A stretch of 64,000 nt of DNA, from positions 1 to 64,000 of the forward strand of contig JAVJWO010000028.1 of NCBI GenBank assembly GCA_040222015.1. The letters are read 5' to 3'. The notes under the pieces were generated by a model. It did no database searches and was not told the DNA's origin. It was given only the letters and a program-made list of their open reading frames with translations. The stretch comes from Coleofasciculus chthonoplastes F2-STO-03. Its GTDB lineage: Bacteria > Cyanobacteriota > Cyanobacteriia > Cyanobacteriales > Coleofasciculaceae. The position numbers and the translations under genes are program-made. Shown piece after piece: positions 1 through 10,384 of the stretch; the first letter of the stretch is position 1; each line of letters begins with the position of its first letter.

Positions 1-146
1 GCAGGGGGAGCAGGGGGAGCAGAATTACCAATGAACAATGAACAATCAGCAAATGACGAATGACAAATGACGAATGACGAATGACAAATGACGAATGACA
101 AATGACCAATGACAAATGACCAATGACAAATGACCAATGACGAATC
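1..146 (+). repeat. GCAGGGGGA 9-mer remnant followed by STRR heptamer array (AATGAC[A/C/G])n abutting the gmd start
   Basis: Visible tandem aatgaca/aatgacg/aatgacc units at ~29-146. Confidence 0.9.
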
Positions 147-1109
147 ATGAAAAAAGCACTAATATGCGGCATATCCGGTCAAGATGGCGCTTATCTAGCC
201 AAATTACTCCTCAACCAAGGGTATAGCGTCTGTGGTACATCACGGGATGCTCAAATGTCATCCTTTCAGAATCTAGTTCTCTTAGGTATCCGTGACCAAG
301 TGAAACTAGAATCTGCCGCCCTCACCGATTTTCGCAGTGTTCTGCAAGTCCTGATGAAAAATCAACCGGATGAGGTCTATAACTTGGCAGGACAAAGTTC
401 GGTGGGATTGTCGTTTGAACAACCCGTAGAAACCCTAGAAAGTATTTCTATTGGTACGTTAAATCTTTTAGAAGCGATTCGGTTTACGGGTGAACCTATT
501 AAATTTTATAATGCGGGTTCGAGTGAATGTTTTGGCGATATTGGCACAGAAGCGGCGGATGAAACGACCCCATTTCGCCCCAGAAGTCCTTATGCGGTGG
601 CAAAATCGGCGGCTTTTTGGCAAGTAGCAAACTATCGGGAAGCTTACGGGTTGTTTGCTTGTTCCGGAATTCTGTTTAATCACGAATCTCCCCTGAGACC
701 CCAACGATTTGTGACCCAAAAGATTGTTGCGGCAGTGTCTCGCATTGCCCAAGGTAGCCAAGAAAAGCTTTATCTGGGTAATGTTGACATTCAACGCGAC
801 TGGGGATGGGCACCGGAATATGTCGAGGCAATGTATAAAATATTACAACAAGAGGAACCTGATGATTATGTGATTGCCACGGGAGAGAGTTACACCTTAG
901 AAGAGTTTGTGGTAGCGGCTTTTGATTCAGTCGGCTTAAATTGGCAAGATTATGTGATCACGGATAGGAGTTTGTTCCGACCAACCGATTTAGCAATCAG
1001 TCGGGGAAATCCCGCCAAAGCCAAAGAAAAACTCGGATGGCAAGCTCAGTATAAAATGCCTGATATTGTGCGGATGATGGTTCAAGCAAAGCTTGGTTCG
1101 GCAAAATAA
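147..1109 (+). CDS. gmd: GDP-mannose 4,6-dehydratase
   Basis: GISGQDGAYLA NAD(P)-binding motif, YNLAGQSSV, SPYAVAK (YxxxK), NHESPLR, RDWGWA. Confidence 0.93.
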   Translation: MKKALICGISGQDGAYLAKLLLNQGYSVCGTSRDAQMSSFQNLVLLGIRDQVKLESAALTDFRSVLQVLMKNQPDEVYNLAGQSSVGLSFEQPVETLESISIGTLNLLEAIRFTGEPIKFYNAGSSECFGDIGTEAADETTPFRPRSPYAVAKSAAFWQVANYREAYGLFACSGILFNHESPLRPQRFVTQKIVAAVSRIAQGSQEKLYLGNVDIQRDWGWAPEYVEAMYKILQQEEPDDYVIATGESYTLEEFVVAAFDSVGLNWQDYVITDRSLFRPTDLAISRGNPAKAKEKLGWQAQYKMPDIVRMMVQAKLGSAK

Positions 1110-1155
1110 TAGCGAGGCTATACACGCCTGAAACCCTCACCAATTACCCTTACCC

Positions 1156-2373
1156 ATGAAGATTTTGATGATCTCTTCTACGTTCCCCTATCCCCCAACC
1201 CAAGGAGGGACTCAGGTAAGGACGTTTAATTTACTCAAACATCTCAGTGGACATGAGATTACCCTACTTACTCAACGCACTGACGATGTAACCGATACTG
1301 AAGTTGAAGCCTTACGAGAATGGGTGGCTGAGTTGGTCGTATTCCCTCGTCCCACTACATCCAGTCTTCCGGGAGGATGGTTCGGTAAGGTAAAGCGCTT
1401 CGGTCGATTTTTGCTCCAGGGTACTCCTCCTAGTGTCCTCTCGATTTATTCTCCACAACTACAGGATTGGGTGGATCAGTGTGTTAAGAAAAATAACGTT
1501 GATGTAATTACCTGCGAACATAGCGTTAACGAGGTTTATGTGCGTCCGGAGTTTCGCGAACAACTGCGAACTGTTGTCAATATCCACAGTTCGGTGTACG
1601 CTTCCTGTCGCAATCAGTTGCAAACGGGTACAAGTGAGAATCTCTGGCGCGATCGCTTGAATCTGCCTCTGCTTTATCGCTATGAACAGCGCTACTGTGC
1701 TAAATTCTCTCATATTGTGGTGACGACGGATGAGGATCGCCAACAGATTCAATCCTATAATCCCCCCAGTCAGATTGCTGTGATTCCCAATGGTGTAGAC
1801 TTTAACCAATTCCCTTGTCGAACCGTTGATCCCGGTGGACATCGCTTGACGTTTATTGGCGCGATGGATAATTTAGCCAATATTGATGCGGTGACGTTCT
1901 TAAGTTTAGAGGTATTTCCCGCGATTCAAGAACGGTATCCCGACACAACGTTAACCCTGGTTGGCGCACGTCCCACCTCTGAGGTATCGGCGCTGGGGAA
2001 TCGTCCCGGTATTACGGTAACGGGGCGGGTTCCTTCTATGGCAGACTACTTACATCAAGCCACGGTATGTGTCGTCTCGATGCGAACGGGGTATGGGATC
2101 AAGAACAAAACCCTGGAGGCGATGGCGGCGGGTGTACCTGTGGTGGGAAGCGATCGCGGGTTGGAAGGACTTGAGGTTGATAGTCCCAATGTACCATTGA
2201 GAGCATTTAGGGCAAACTCGGTTTCTGAGTATGTGGATGCGGTGACTCGCTTATTTGAAGAGTCTCAACTGAGACAACAATTGTCACAAAATGGACGCCA
2301 GTTTATTGAGAATAATTATATATGGGAGCGAGCCGCCCAGCTTTATGAACAAGTCATCCTCAATCCGGATTGA
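1156..2373 (+). CDS. GT4 glycosyltransferase (PEP-CTERM/exosortase-associated sugar transferase type)
   Basis: FPYPPTQGG N-terminus, IPNGVD, GIKNKTLEAMAAGVPVV GT-B motif. Confidence 0.88.
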   Translation: MKILMISSTFPYPPTQGGTQVRTFNLLKHLSGHEITLLTQRTDDVTDTEVEALREWVAELVVFPRPTTSSLPGGWFGKVKRFGRFLLQGTPPSVLSIYSPQLQDWVDQCVKKNNVDVITCEHSVNEVYVRPEFREQLRTVVNIHSSVYASCRNQLQTGTSENLWRDRLNLPLLYRYEQRYCAKFSHIVVTTDEDRQQIQSYNPPSQIAVIPNGVDFNQFPCRTVDPGGHRLTFIGAMDNLANIDAVTFLSLEVFPAIQERYPDTTLTLVGARPTSEVSALGNRPGITVTGRVPSMADYLHQATVCVVSMRTGYGIKNKTLEAMAAGVPVVGSDRGLEGLEVDSPNVPLRAFRANSVSEYVDAVTRLFEESQLRQQLSQNGRQFIENNYIWERAAQLYEQVILNPD

Positions 2374-2640
2374 CTACCTCCATTGTGGGGATGCTTAAAT
2401 TTCCCTTGAAGATAGCCGCCTCAAGGAATAGCCTGCCAATAATTTGTGATCAAAAATTAACGATAAATTATCTATATAAATAATTTATGATTGAAGTCTT
2501 AAACTGTTTATATAATAAGGTAAAACTGTTTGATGAAATAGATATCATCCATTAGCAAATTTTAATAAATGTCATCTCCATTCATCATTAATCCCGATAA
2601 AACCGAATTTATGACTATTTTGGGGGGAATTTGAAGCGTT

Positions 2641-3858
2641 ATGAAAATTCTCATCCTCTCTGCCACATTTCCTTATCCACCCACCAGCGGCGGAACTGAG
2701 GTTAGAACATTTAACTTACTCAAGGCTCTGAGTGAGCGTCATCAGATTACCCTGGTGACTCAACCCACTGATGATAGTTCCGAGACTGACGTGGAAAAGT
2801 TGCAGGAATGGGTCGAAGAACTCGTCGTTTTCCCTCAACCCAACAGCTCAGAGAACAACAGTGGATTGCGGTCAAAAATGCAGCGCTTGAGTACATTCCT
2901 GCAACAAGGAACGCCTCAAAGTGTCTTAAAATACTACTCCCCGGAGATGCAGGAGTGGGTGAATCAGGCAATAGAGTCAGGAAACTTTGACGTGATCACC
3001 TGCGAACATAGCATGAATGAAATTTATGTTCGCCCCCAATGGCGAGAGAAGTTGCGAACCGTCGTCAATATTCATAGTTCCCTCTATCGCAAGCAGCGCC
3101 ATCAGTTAGACGGCAAACCAGCGGATAAGCAGCTACGAGAGCAATTAAATTTACCCCTACTGCGCCGTTACGAAGAGCGATATTGTGGCAAATTTACCAA
3201 TATTGTCGTCGCGACTCCCACAGATCGGCGTCAGATTGAGGATTATGAACCAGAGGGTAAGATTACGTTAGTTCCCAATGGCGTTGATTTTAAGCAGTTT
3301 CCTAAGCGTGTCTCCGATCCGGGAGGACAGCGATTAGTGTTTGTGGGTGTTATGGATAGCCTGACAAACGTTGATGCGGTGCGTTTCTTTAGTTTAGAGG
3401 TATTCCCAGAGATTTTACGACGGTATCCAGAGGCAACGCTAGAAATTGTTGGCGCACGCCCTGTACCTGAGGTGTTAGAGTTGCAGGAACGTCCGGGAAT
3501 TACGGTGGCAGGGCGGGTGAGTTCAATCGTAGACTATTTGCATAAGGCAACAGTTTGTGTAATTCCCCTGCGGACTAGCTATGGGATTAAAAACAAAACC
3601 CTAGAGGCAATGGCAGCAGGAGTCCCAGTGGTAGCAAGCGATCGCGGTTTGGAAGGATTGCCTGTGGATGGTGGAGATGTCCCCCTGCGGGCATTACGGG
3701 CAAATGATACGGCTGAATACGTGTATGCCGTGAGTCGGTTATTCGAGAAACGTCAGCTTCGCAAGCAACTCTCAGAAAATGGGCGATCGATGGTTGAGAA
3801 AAAATATACCTGGAAACGGGCGGGGGAACTTTATGAGAAGGTATTGATGGGGAAGTGA
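2641..3858 (+). CDS. GT4 glycosyltransferase, tandem paralog of 1156..2373
   Basis: Same length (405 aa), collinear, same motifs (FPYPPTSGG, GIKNKTLEAMAAGVPVV). Confidence 0.88.
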   Translation: MKILILSATFPYPPTSGGTEVRTFNLLKALSERHQITLVTQPTDDSSETDVEKLQEWVEELVVFPQPNSSENNSGLRSKMQRLSTFLQQGTPQSVLKYYSPEMQEWVNQAIESGNFDVITCEHSMNEIYVRPQWREKLRTVVNIHSSLYRKQRHQLDGKPADKQLREQLNLPLLRRYEERYCGKFTNIVVATPTDRRQIEDYEPEGKITLVPNGVDFKQFPKRVSDPGGQRLVFVGVMDSLTNVDAVRFFSLEVFPEILRRYPEATLEIVGARPVPEVLELQERPGITVAGRVSSIVDYLHKATVCVIPLRTSYGIKNKTLEAMAAGVPVVASDRGLEGLPVDGGDVPLRALRANDTAEYVYAVSRLFEKRQLRKQLSENGRSMVEKKYTWKRAGELYEKVLMGK

Positions 3859-4239
3859 GTTATTTGTCATTGGTCATTGGTCATTCGTCTTTCTTTGTCT
3901 GTGGTTGTTTCATTGTGACAGAGTGCGATCGCGTCTGATTCAATGCCTCAAAGATTTGTCTTCTGTAGATATTCCCACAATCACGCTTAACCCTGATGAT
4001 ACCGCCCTGTATCAGGCGTTTATTAAATTCAGTGGGGCGGTTGAAACCGCAACTACACAAACAAAACCCGCCTTCGCGGGTGCCAAAACTCTTCATCTGT
4101 TGTTACATTTGATGAGCTTTTACATAATAAATATGTCAAATAATTAATATTATATTTTGTAGATTTTTGCGGCTTAATATTGCATAATTACTAATCAATA
4201 GTGCTATGGTTGGAGCAAGCAATTTTTGGAGTGTGAGAA

Positions 4240-5184
4240 ATGTCTATAACTATTACAACTCCAACTGAGAGTTCAACGATTCTTAGGGGAGTACCGCTCA
4301 CGTTTAAAGGAAAGGCAGAAAGTGAAATTATCAGAGTAGAACTTTTTGCAGAACAGTATTACCTTGGCGGTGATGACGTTGAGTCAGGGGATTGGGTTCT
4401 AACCTATCCTGGATTTAATAAATCAGGAGTTCGGCGGATCAAAGTCGTAGGACTTGACCACAATGGTAGCCGAATCGCTAGTCGCGAAATCTTGCTTATT
4501 GTGTCCGGTGTTTCTTCTGGCTTTGAACCTGGCATTGATGTTTCTGATTACGATCAATTAGTGAACTGGCATCAAGTTAGAAGTGCAGGTTTCACGTTTG
4601 CTTTTGCCAAAGCAACCGAGGGGAGGACATGGAGAGCTAATACCTTTCCTAGGAATTGGCGGCAGATGCAGGGGGCAGGTGTTATTCGCGGTGCTTATCA
4701 TTTCTTCAGACCTTCTGTAGATCCTCAAGAGCAAGCTCGTAACTTTCTTGACTACGTTGCCAGTGTTGAACCAATTCAACCAGAGGATTTGCCCCCTGCT
4801 CTAGATTTAGAGCATTTTCCGGACTCAGTACGACGCGAATGGGACGCTCTGAGCAAAGCGGAGCGAGTTAAGCGAGTTCGTACATGGATTGAAGTGGTTG
4901 AAAGTGAGATTAAGCGAAAGCCAATTATCTACACCAGTTTTGGTTTTTGGGATGGTTTTATGCCTGGTGTTAAGGACTTCTCTAACTATCCCTTATGGGT
5001 AGCTCACTACACAAATAAACCAAAACCTTTAATTCCAAAAGAGTGGTCAACTTGGGCTTTTTGGCAATACACTGATACTACTGAAGTGCCAGGTATCCCA
5101 ACACCTGACGAAGATGGCAATCGATTCAATGGTTCGCTCAGTGAACTGATATTAGCACTGCTTCCTTCAACGATTATCGCTTAA
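4240..5184 (+). CDS. GH25 muramidase with N-terminal Ig-like domain
   Basis: GIDVS, FAFAKATEG, GAYHFF, LDLE, PIIYTS, LWVAHY, WAFWQYT motifs. Confidence 0.88.
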   Translation: MSITITTPTESSTILRGVPLTFKGKAESEIIRVELFAEQYYLGGDDVESGDWVLTYPGFNKSGVRRIKVVGLDHNGSRIASREILLIVSGVSSGFEPGIDVSDYDQLVNWHQVRSAGFTFAFAKATEGRTWRANTFPRNWRQMQGAGVIRGAYHFFRPSVDPQEQARNFLDYVASVEPIQPEDLPPALDLEHFPDSVRREWDALSKAERVKRVRTWIEVVESEIKRKPIIYTSFGFWDGFMPGVKDFSNYPLWVAHYTNKPKPLIPKEWSTWAFWQYTDTTEVPGIPTPDEDGNRFNGSLSELILALLPSTIIA

Positions 5185-5346
5185 ATCTCTCCCAATACGG
5201 CTCGATTAAGCTTTTTTGGGAACGATGAACTGTGATATTTTCATGGTTTCCTTACTTATCTAATTTTATTGATCGAGCATGGTTGAGATATCTTATGCGT
5301 TGAGCAAAAAACTGATTGTTTAAATTGTCATTGGAGCTTAAAATAA

Positions 5347-6324
5347 ATGCGCTTACAAAATTTCTATCAAGCTAGTAATAACGCTCAAGAAAACGGTAAC
5401 TCTTTAGATTATGGAGTAGAAGCAATTGCAGCTGATCAAGAACTGGCAACTCATATTCAAGAAGTCCTCGTATGGTTACAATTTCTTGACCCGCCAGTTG
5501 ATGGTAAGTTTGGTCCAATTTCTACAGATGCATTGATTGAGTTTCAAGATACCATCAGTGAAATTCGCTCAGAAGTAGCACAAGAAAGAGGGTTTCTTGG
5601 CTTATTTACCGCTAAGGCATTGATCGAAATCAGTCCTGAGGAGGTACCTCGTCCTAACGTGAATTACTCACGTAACGATCTAGCTGCAAGACTAATGAAG
5701 TACATGGCAAAAATGAATTACCGAATTTCTGTAGGAGACAGGAGGTATAACATTGTCTATGTTGAAGGCATGAACACCAATGGTAGTTTAAATAACGATG
5801 CTCCTAATCAGTTTAATGATCGCCGTATGGTTATTGAAATTCCTGACTCTGACTTGATCCCAATTATTCAAGGCAACTGGGAGGCTACTACAGAACCCGG
5901 TACTTATTACACTAACAATCCAATGGGAAGAGGAAGACAGTATGGAGCAGCGCGAATTGCCTTTGGGCAATATAAAGCTTGGCGCGTTGGAACTCATTAC
6001 GGCAGTGGTGCCGATCCTCATGAAGCATTAGTACAAAAGACTCCTATTTCCGTGTATCGGGATAAAAACAGAGACATGATTCGGACAGGAGATTTTTTAG
6101 ACACAGGTAAATTTCACATCAACCAACATTGGGGATATGACCTACCTCGTACTAACATTGGTATGGCAGGTGCAGGATGTCTGGTTGGTCGCTTGCGGAA
6201 GAAACATAAAGATTTTATGGCATTGATTAAGCAGGATAAACGTTATCAGAGGAACAATAATTATCTGTTCCTAACAACAATCATTCCGGGAGACAAATTC
6301 GTTGAACAATTTCCGCCTAGCTAA
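5347..6324 (+). CDS. Peptidoglycan-binding-domain protein with putative His/Cys catalytic C-terminal domain
   Basis: IQEVL...VDGKFGPISTDALIEFQ resembles PG_binding_1; INQHWG...GAGCLV near the C-terminus. Confidence 0.65.
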   Translation: MRLQNFYQASNNAQENGNSLDYGVEAIAADQELATHIQEVLVWLQFLDPPVDGKFGPISTDALIEFQDTISEIRSEVAQERGFLGLFTAKALIEISPEEVPRPNVNYSRNDLAARLMKYMAKMNYRISVGDRRYNIVYVEGMNTNGSLNNDAPNQFNDRRMVIEIPDSDLIPIIQGNWEATTEPGTYYTNNPMGRGRQYGAARIAFGQYKAWRVGTHYGSGADPHEALVQKTPISVYRDKNRDMIRTGDFLDTGKFHINQHWGYDLPRTNIGMAGAGCLVGRLRKKHKDFMALIKQDKRYQRNNNYLFLTTIIPGDKFVEQFPPS

Positions 6325-6449
6325 ACTTTGGAACTAATCGAAAATACTGTATTAAACTGAAGTTCCCCCTAGCTAAAAACTCGAAACTGCCTCACCGTGC
6401 GAGGTTACTTCAATGACTTTTATCCCTGCATGTTCATGGTTCATGGTGT

Positions 6450-7844
6450 TTAACTAGAGCTTGCTAAGGATTCTGCGGGTACTGGGGGAACTTCAGGTGT
6501 TGATTTATCCTCATGCAAACGATCTAAAATCTCAATCACTTCTCGCTCAAATGATACCTGGGCGCGGTTAGTTCTCCCCCCCACATAAAAGCGATCGCCT
6601 TTTTGTAATGCCCAAATTTGGGAGTGGGAGACATAGCTCATAATTACACCCACCATCAGCAAACCAAAGCCTGTATACACAATCGGAATGCCGGGATCAG
6701 CTTTAATTTGTAAGCCTGTACTGCCGATTAATTCCTTAAGGCGCAAGTTAACCCCATTCACTTGGGTACTCATTCCAGAACGCACCGTGGAGACTAATTT
6801 CCCCTTGGCATCGTATACCAAAACCGTCCCCTGTAAATCTTTTGCCAACAGCGAAGCGCCTTCACTTAAATCCGGTTTCGTTGGTACCCATGTCCCCCAG
6901 ATGCGCCCATTCCCCTGGATATCCAGTTTCGCCATAGGTAACTGGAATATGGGACTATTATTTAACTGCACCCGCACCGCCGCGATTCCCCAGTCGGTTT
7001 GGTAGAAGGTGACACCTTGATGGCGCAGGGGTTTATTCACATAAATGGTTTCTCTGTCAATTTCTTGTTCCTGGTTATCCACTACCGATAAATCGGAATA
7101 AAACTGATCAATTCCACCTTCGGGGGTGTAGTCAATCCAGAAGCGATTAACGTGAACGCCCCAATCCTGGGGAACCTGAGATTTTGCCCAGGGACCGGCA
7201 TCAATAATATTTCTGACATGAAAGGTTGCGCCACTAGGAACCATTTCCTGTGCCATAAATCCCGTCATCGCGCCCCAAATTGACCCCGCCAGAATAATCA
7301 GCATACTGGCATGAACCACAATTGGACCAATCCGCCCCACGATTCCTTTGCGGGCGTAGAGGCTATCTCCTTCTTGAAATACCCGATAGCGCTTGGCTTG
7401 CAGCAGTTGGGATAAAGAATTCAGGGAACCTGTTTCTAGTTCAGCGCTGAGTGCCAATTTCTGAAACTGACGCGGTTCCTGATAATAGTTCCAGCGACGG
7501 GCGGCTTTGAGGGCGGGAAATTGACGAGTAAAGGTGCAAGCGGTGAGACTACTGCCAAATAGAACTAGGATTGACAAAAACCACCATGTCCGGTATACAT
7601 GATCTAATCCTAAGAATAGGAGAACTTTCCAGGTTAAGAAACCAAATAACGCTGGATTTTCGGGATAATTGGCTTGATAAAAGGCGAGAGATTGACCCTG
7701 TTCGATAATGGTGCCACTGATACTGAAAAGAGCGATCGCTAATAGGAGTGCGATCGCGAGTCGTAAATCTGCCAGAAATGATACGATATAACGCCGGAAC
7801 CAACGTCCGACAGGATTAGACACAGATTGATTATCTAACGTCAT
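6450..7844 (-). CDS. ccs1: Cytochrome c biogenesis protein Ccs1/CcsB (ResB family)
   Basis: [50 protein letters not shown]. Confidence 0.93.
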   Translation of the reverse strand: MTLDNQSVSNPVGRWFRRYIVSFLADLRLAIALLLAIALFSISGTIIEQGQSLAFYQANYPENPALFGFLTWKVLLFLGLDHVYRTWWFLSILVLFGSSLTACTFTRQFPALKAARRWNYYQEPRQFQKLALSAELETGSLNSLSQLLQAKRYRVFQEGDSLYARKGIVGRIGPIVVHASMLIILAGSIWGAMTGFMAQEMVPSGATFHVRNIIDAGPWAKSQVPQDWGVHVNRFWIDYTPEGGIDQFYSDLSVVDNQEQEIDRETIYVNKPLRHQGVTFYQTDWGIAAVRVQLNNSPIFQLPMAKLDIQGNGRIWGTWVPTKPDLSEGASLLAKDLQGTVLVYDAKGKLVSTVRSGMSTQVNGVNLRLKELIGSTGLQIKADPGIPIVYTGFGLLMVGVIMSYVSHSQIWALQKGDRFYVGGRTNRAQVSFEREVIEILDRLHEDKSTPEVPPVPAESLASSS

Positions 7845-7848
7845 TTAA

Positions 7849-8589
7849 TTAAAATATTCCCCCAGGAATCCGAGACAGCAGCGAAAAGACGCCGAATCCG
7901 ACTAATAAAGCCCCACTAACGGGTGTAATCCAACTTGACCATTGGCGTACTTCTAATAACTTCTTTATTGAAGCAGTAAATGTACCTGCCACAATTAACG
8001 GGGTAACATAACCTGCCGTATAGGATAATAGCAAAGCCCCACCTAAAACCCAGTCTTGTGTACTTGCCACCCAAGCCAGTAACGTTGCCAAAACGGGTGT
8101 ACTGCAAGGAGAGGCGACTAAACCAAAGGTTAAACCAATCAGATAGGAACGTATCCCCTTGGGCAAATCCGGAGAAATCCACTCCATTCCGCCCAAAGAT
8201 GGTAATTGTAGGGGTAAGGCTTCCAGTAGGTTTAGCCCCATGATGATGGCAATCAGGCTAACAATGATGGGTAATCCGATACCCACTTGCCCATAGACTC
8301 GCCCCACCGATGCGGCTAAAATTCCCAATCCGGCTAGGGTGGTTGCCAATCCCAGGGCAAACCAAGTGGATTGAGTCGCGGCTTGCAGGCGTCCTTTGGC
8401 TTCATAGCCGCCAATGTAGCCAATTGTGATTGGCAGCATGGATAGCATACAAGGAGTGAGGCTCGTCAGCAAGCCCGCTGTAAAGATAATCCCGATGCTT
8501 AATGCACTCAGATGGGTAAGCTGATTGCCAACCAGATTATCGGCAAATTGTTCCAGTTGGTACAGTTGAGTTTGTAAGGTGTCAATCAT
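7849..8589 (-). CDS. ccdA: Cytochrome c biogenesis thiol-disulfide transporter CcdA
   Basis: TSLTPCMLSMLP and ASPCSTPVL motifs, multi-TM, immediately upstream of ccs1. Confidence 0.93.
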   Translation of the reverse strand: MIDTLQTQLYQLEQFADNLVGNQLTHLSALSIGIIFTAGLLTSLTPCMLSMLPITIGYIGGYEAKGRLQAATQSTWFALGLATTLAGLGILAASVGRVYGQVGIGLPIIVSLIAIIMGLNLLEALPLQLPSLGGMEWISPDLPKGIRSYLIGLTFGLVASPCSTPVLATLLAWVASTQDWVLGGALLLSYTAGYVTPLIVAGTFTASIKKLLEVRQWSSWITPVSGALLVGFGVFSLLSRIPGGIF

Positions 8590-8688
8590 GCGCCGAGTAA
8601 TCTACTGAATGCCTGTTCTGTGAAAATTTTAACGTATGGGACTCAAAAAGCCGTCAAAATGTCAGTTCGACTGCGTTCTAGTAAGCCA

Positions 8689-8777
8689 GTAGGGTGTGTT
8701 AACGGAACAAAGTGGAGCGTAACGCACCGATTTTTAAAGGATTGGGGTGCGTTACGCTGTCGCTAACGGCACCCTAC
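8689..8777. repeat. REPIN-like inverted pair of GTAG REPs (GTAGGGTG...TAACGCACC family); single copy at ~9655-9684
   Basis: gtagggtgtgttaac...cgtaacgcacc / ggtgcgttacg...gcaccctac. Confidence 0.75.
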
Positions 8778-8871
8778 TCACTTAACGATGAGTAACGATC
8801 ACAAATTTTTTGGATCGAAGAGGAATAATTTAGGTCTTGCACTCTCTATACTAAACGGTTTAAGACTGAAT

Positions 8872-9513
8872 CTAATCGGATTCGTGGAGAAGTTTCCGAT
8901 AACGCATTTTGAGAATGAGTCCCAGCGTGATTTGTTTCATCACCCAATACAATACTGTCAACACGATAAAAGTGACAAACATGACCAACAAGGGACGTTT
9001 AGCGGTTAAATCGTCAACGACGGTTTGGGCTAAATCCTCAGGTTGTGTAACTAAATCCCAACTATTAAATCGGAGGAATCGTCCTAAATAGATACCAACC
9101 GCGCACAAGGCATGAGTAATGAGTTCAGCCGGAAGCGTAAATTTACCCAGTCCTTGCTTTTGTAAATAGTATCCTAAGTTAATTAACGAGATAATGTAAG
9201 CTTCAAAGCCCAATAAAATAACACTGAGATGTTGCGGAATTAGCACTAACGTAATCACCCAAACGGAATAGTCACGGCGTACCGCATCAATCAGGTGGAT
9301 GATATCCGTCAACAGATAAGGCGCATTGGGTAAGAACGCCATGAAAACAATGAAACCCACCCACCATAAAAGGTTACGAGAGCCAGATGAGCGGCGAAAG
9401 AGCCAAACGCTCAAGGCTAAGGGGATAAAGGCGAGAAATAAGTTCCAAGCCATCCAACCGCTATGGCGATGCCACGCTTTCCAGGCATCCCTTAATAGAA
9501 ATCTGAAAGACAT
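8872..9513 (-). CDS. DUF1361 family membrane protein
   Basis: WNLFLAFIP, FLPNAPYLLTDIIHL, GIYLGRFLRFNSWD. Confidence 0.88.
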   Translation of the reverse strand: MSFRFLLRDAWKAWHRHSGWMAWNLFLAFIPLALSVWLFRRSSGSRNLLWWVGFIVFMAFLPNAPYLLTDIIHLIDAVRRDYSVWVITLVLIPQHLSVILLGFEAYIISLINLGYYLQKQGLGKFTLPAELITHALCAVGIYLGRFLRFNSWDLVTQPEDLAQTVVDDLTAKRPLLVMFVTFIVLTVLYWVMKQITLGLILKMRYRKLLHESD

Positions 9514-10033
9514 GTTTTTACGGGTATAAGTCTGCTAGAGCAATCGGTTATTTACCAGTATAGCTAATGGCTTCAAGACGCCGTGAGCAGTTATTAGTGA
9601 TCCCTTATCAACGAAATCTTGTCAATTTTCAGTAAGCTAAATCGTAGCCAAGTGGTAGGGTGCGTTAGTGAAGCGTAACGCACCACTTCTCAAGGGTTGG
9701 GTAGGTGACGAGAATTTGAGTTTTTGGCGGATGATAGCATTTATGGCGAAGACAGCGCTTACTACAAACGCTTAATTCAGTGACATTTTACTTAACTGTA
9801 TTGTCCAAGAACGACTGGATGTATCTGCCAGGTTTGGTGCGATCGCGCGAGGGGATGAAGGGATCGTGCGTCAAGGCTTTGAGTCGGTTCACTCCCGTTC
9901 CGATTACGATGCGTGGGTATTGAAGAACGAGTGTTAGGGGCGGGTTTAGCCACCATTGTAGGGGCGGGTTTAGCCACTAACTTAACTTGTCACCGATAAC
10001 TGATCAACAAAACCCGCCCTCCTCACCGATAAC

Positions 10034-10195
10034 TTAGCTGAGTTTCAAATAGCTGGCTTCGGCTTCTAGCTGACGAACCAAAGCATCATTGCCATTGGCT
10101 CTAGCGACTTCTATACGATGTTGCAAGTTCTTTTGCAAGCTTTGGCGATGGGTCGCAGCGGCTTCTTTTGCCTGTTTTTGGAGTTTTTTGTTCAT
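10034..10195 (-). CDS. pirA: PirA (Ssr0692)-like small protein, PII-interacting regulator of arginine synthesis, 53 aa
   Basis: Manual translation: MNKKLQKQAKEAAATHRQSLQKNLQHRIEVARANGNDALVRQLEAEASYLKLS*; resembles Ssr0692 as recalled; NtcA box upstream; below the ORF-track size cutoff. Confidence 0.82.
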   Translation of the reverse strand: MNKKLQKQAKEAAATHRQSLQKNLQHRIEVARANGNDALVRQLEAEASYLKLS

Positions 10196-10278
10196 GGTGA
10201 ACATTCCTTTGGTTGTACTTCTGGTATGGACTCTAATTTAAAAATACCACGAATAAAATCAAAAAAGATCACCATTAC

Positions 10279-10292
10279 GTAGTATTTAATAC
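10279..10292. promoter_or_regulatory. NtcA binding site upstream of pirA
   Basis: GTA-GTATTTAA-TAC is a perfect GTA-N8-TAC, ~84 bp upstream of the pirA ATG. Confidence 0.75.
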
Positions 10293-10384
10293 AGAAAATT
10301 GTGAAATGTTGAGGGGGATAACCGCAAACAGAAGGCAGTGGTTCGACAGGCTCACCAACCAGGCAGAAGGTAGGGAGCAAGGTG

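Noticed and set aside
3881..4147. Short overlapping ORFs after the second GT4
   Set aside because: Include repeat-derived sequence; no motif support
4240..6324. Prophage lysis cassette
   Set aside because: No holin, structural genes or integrase nearby
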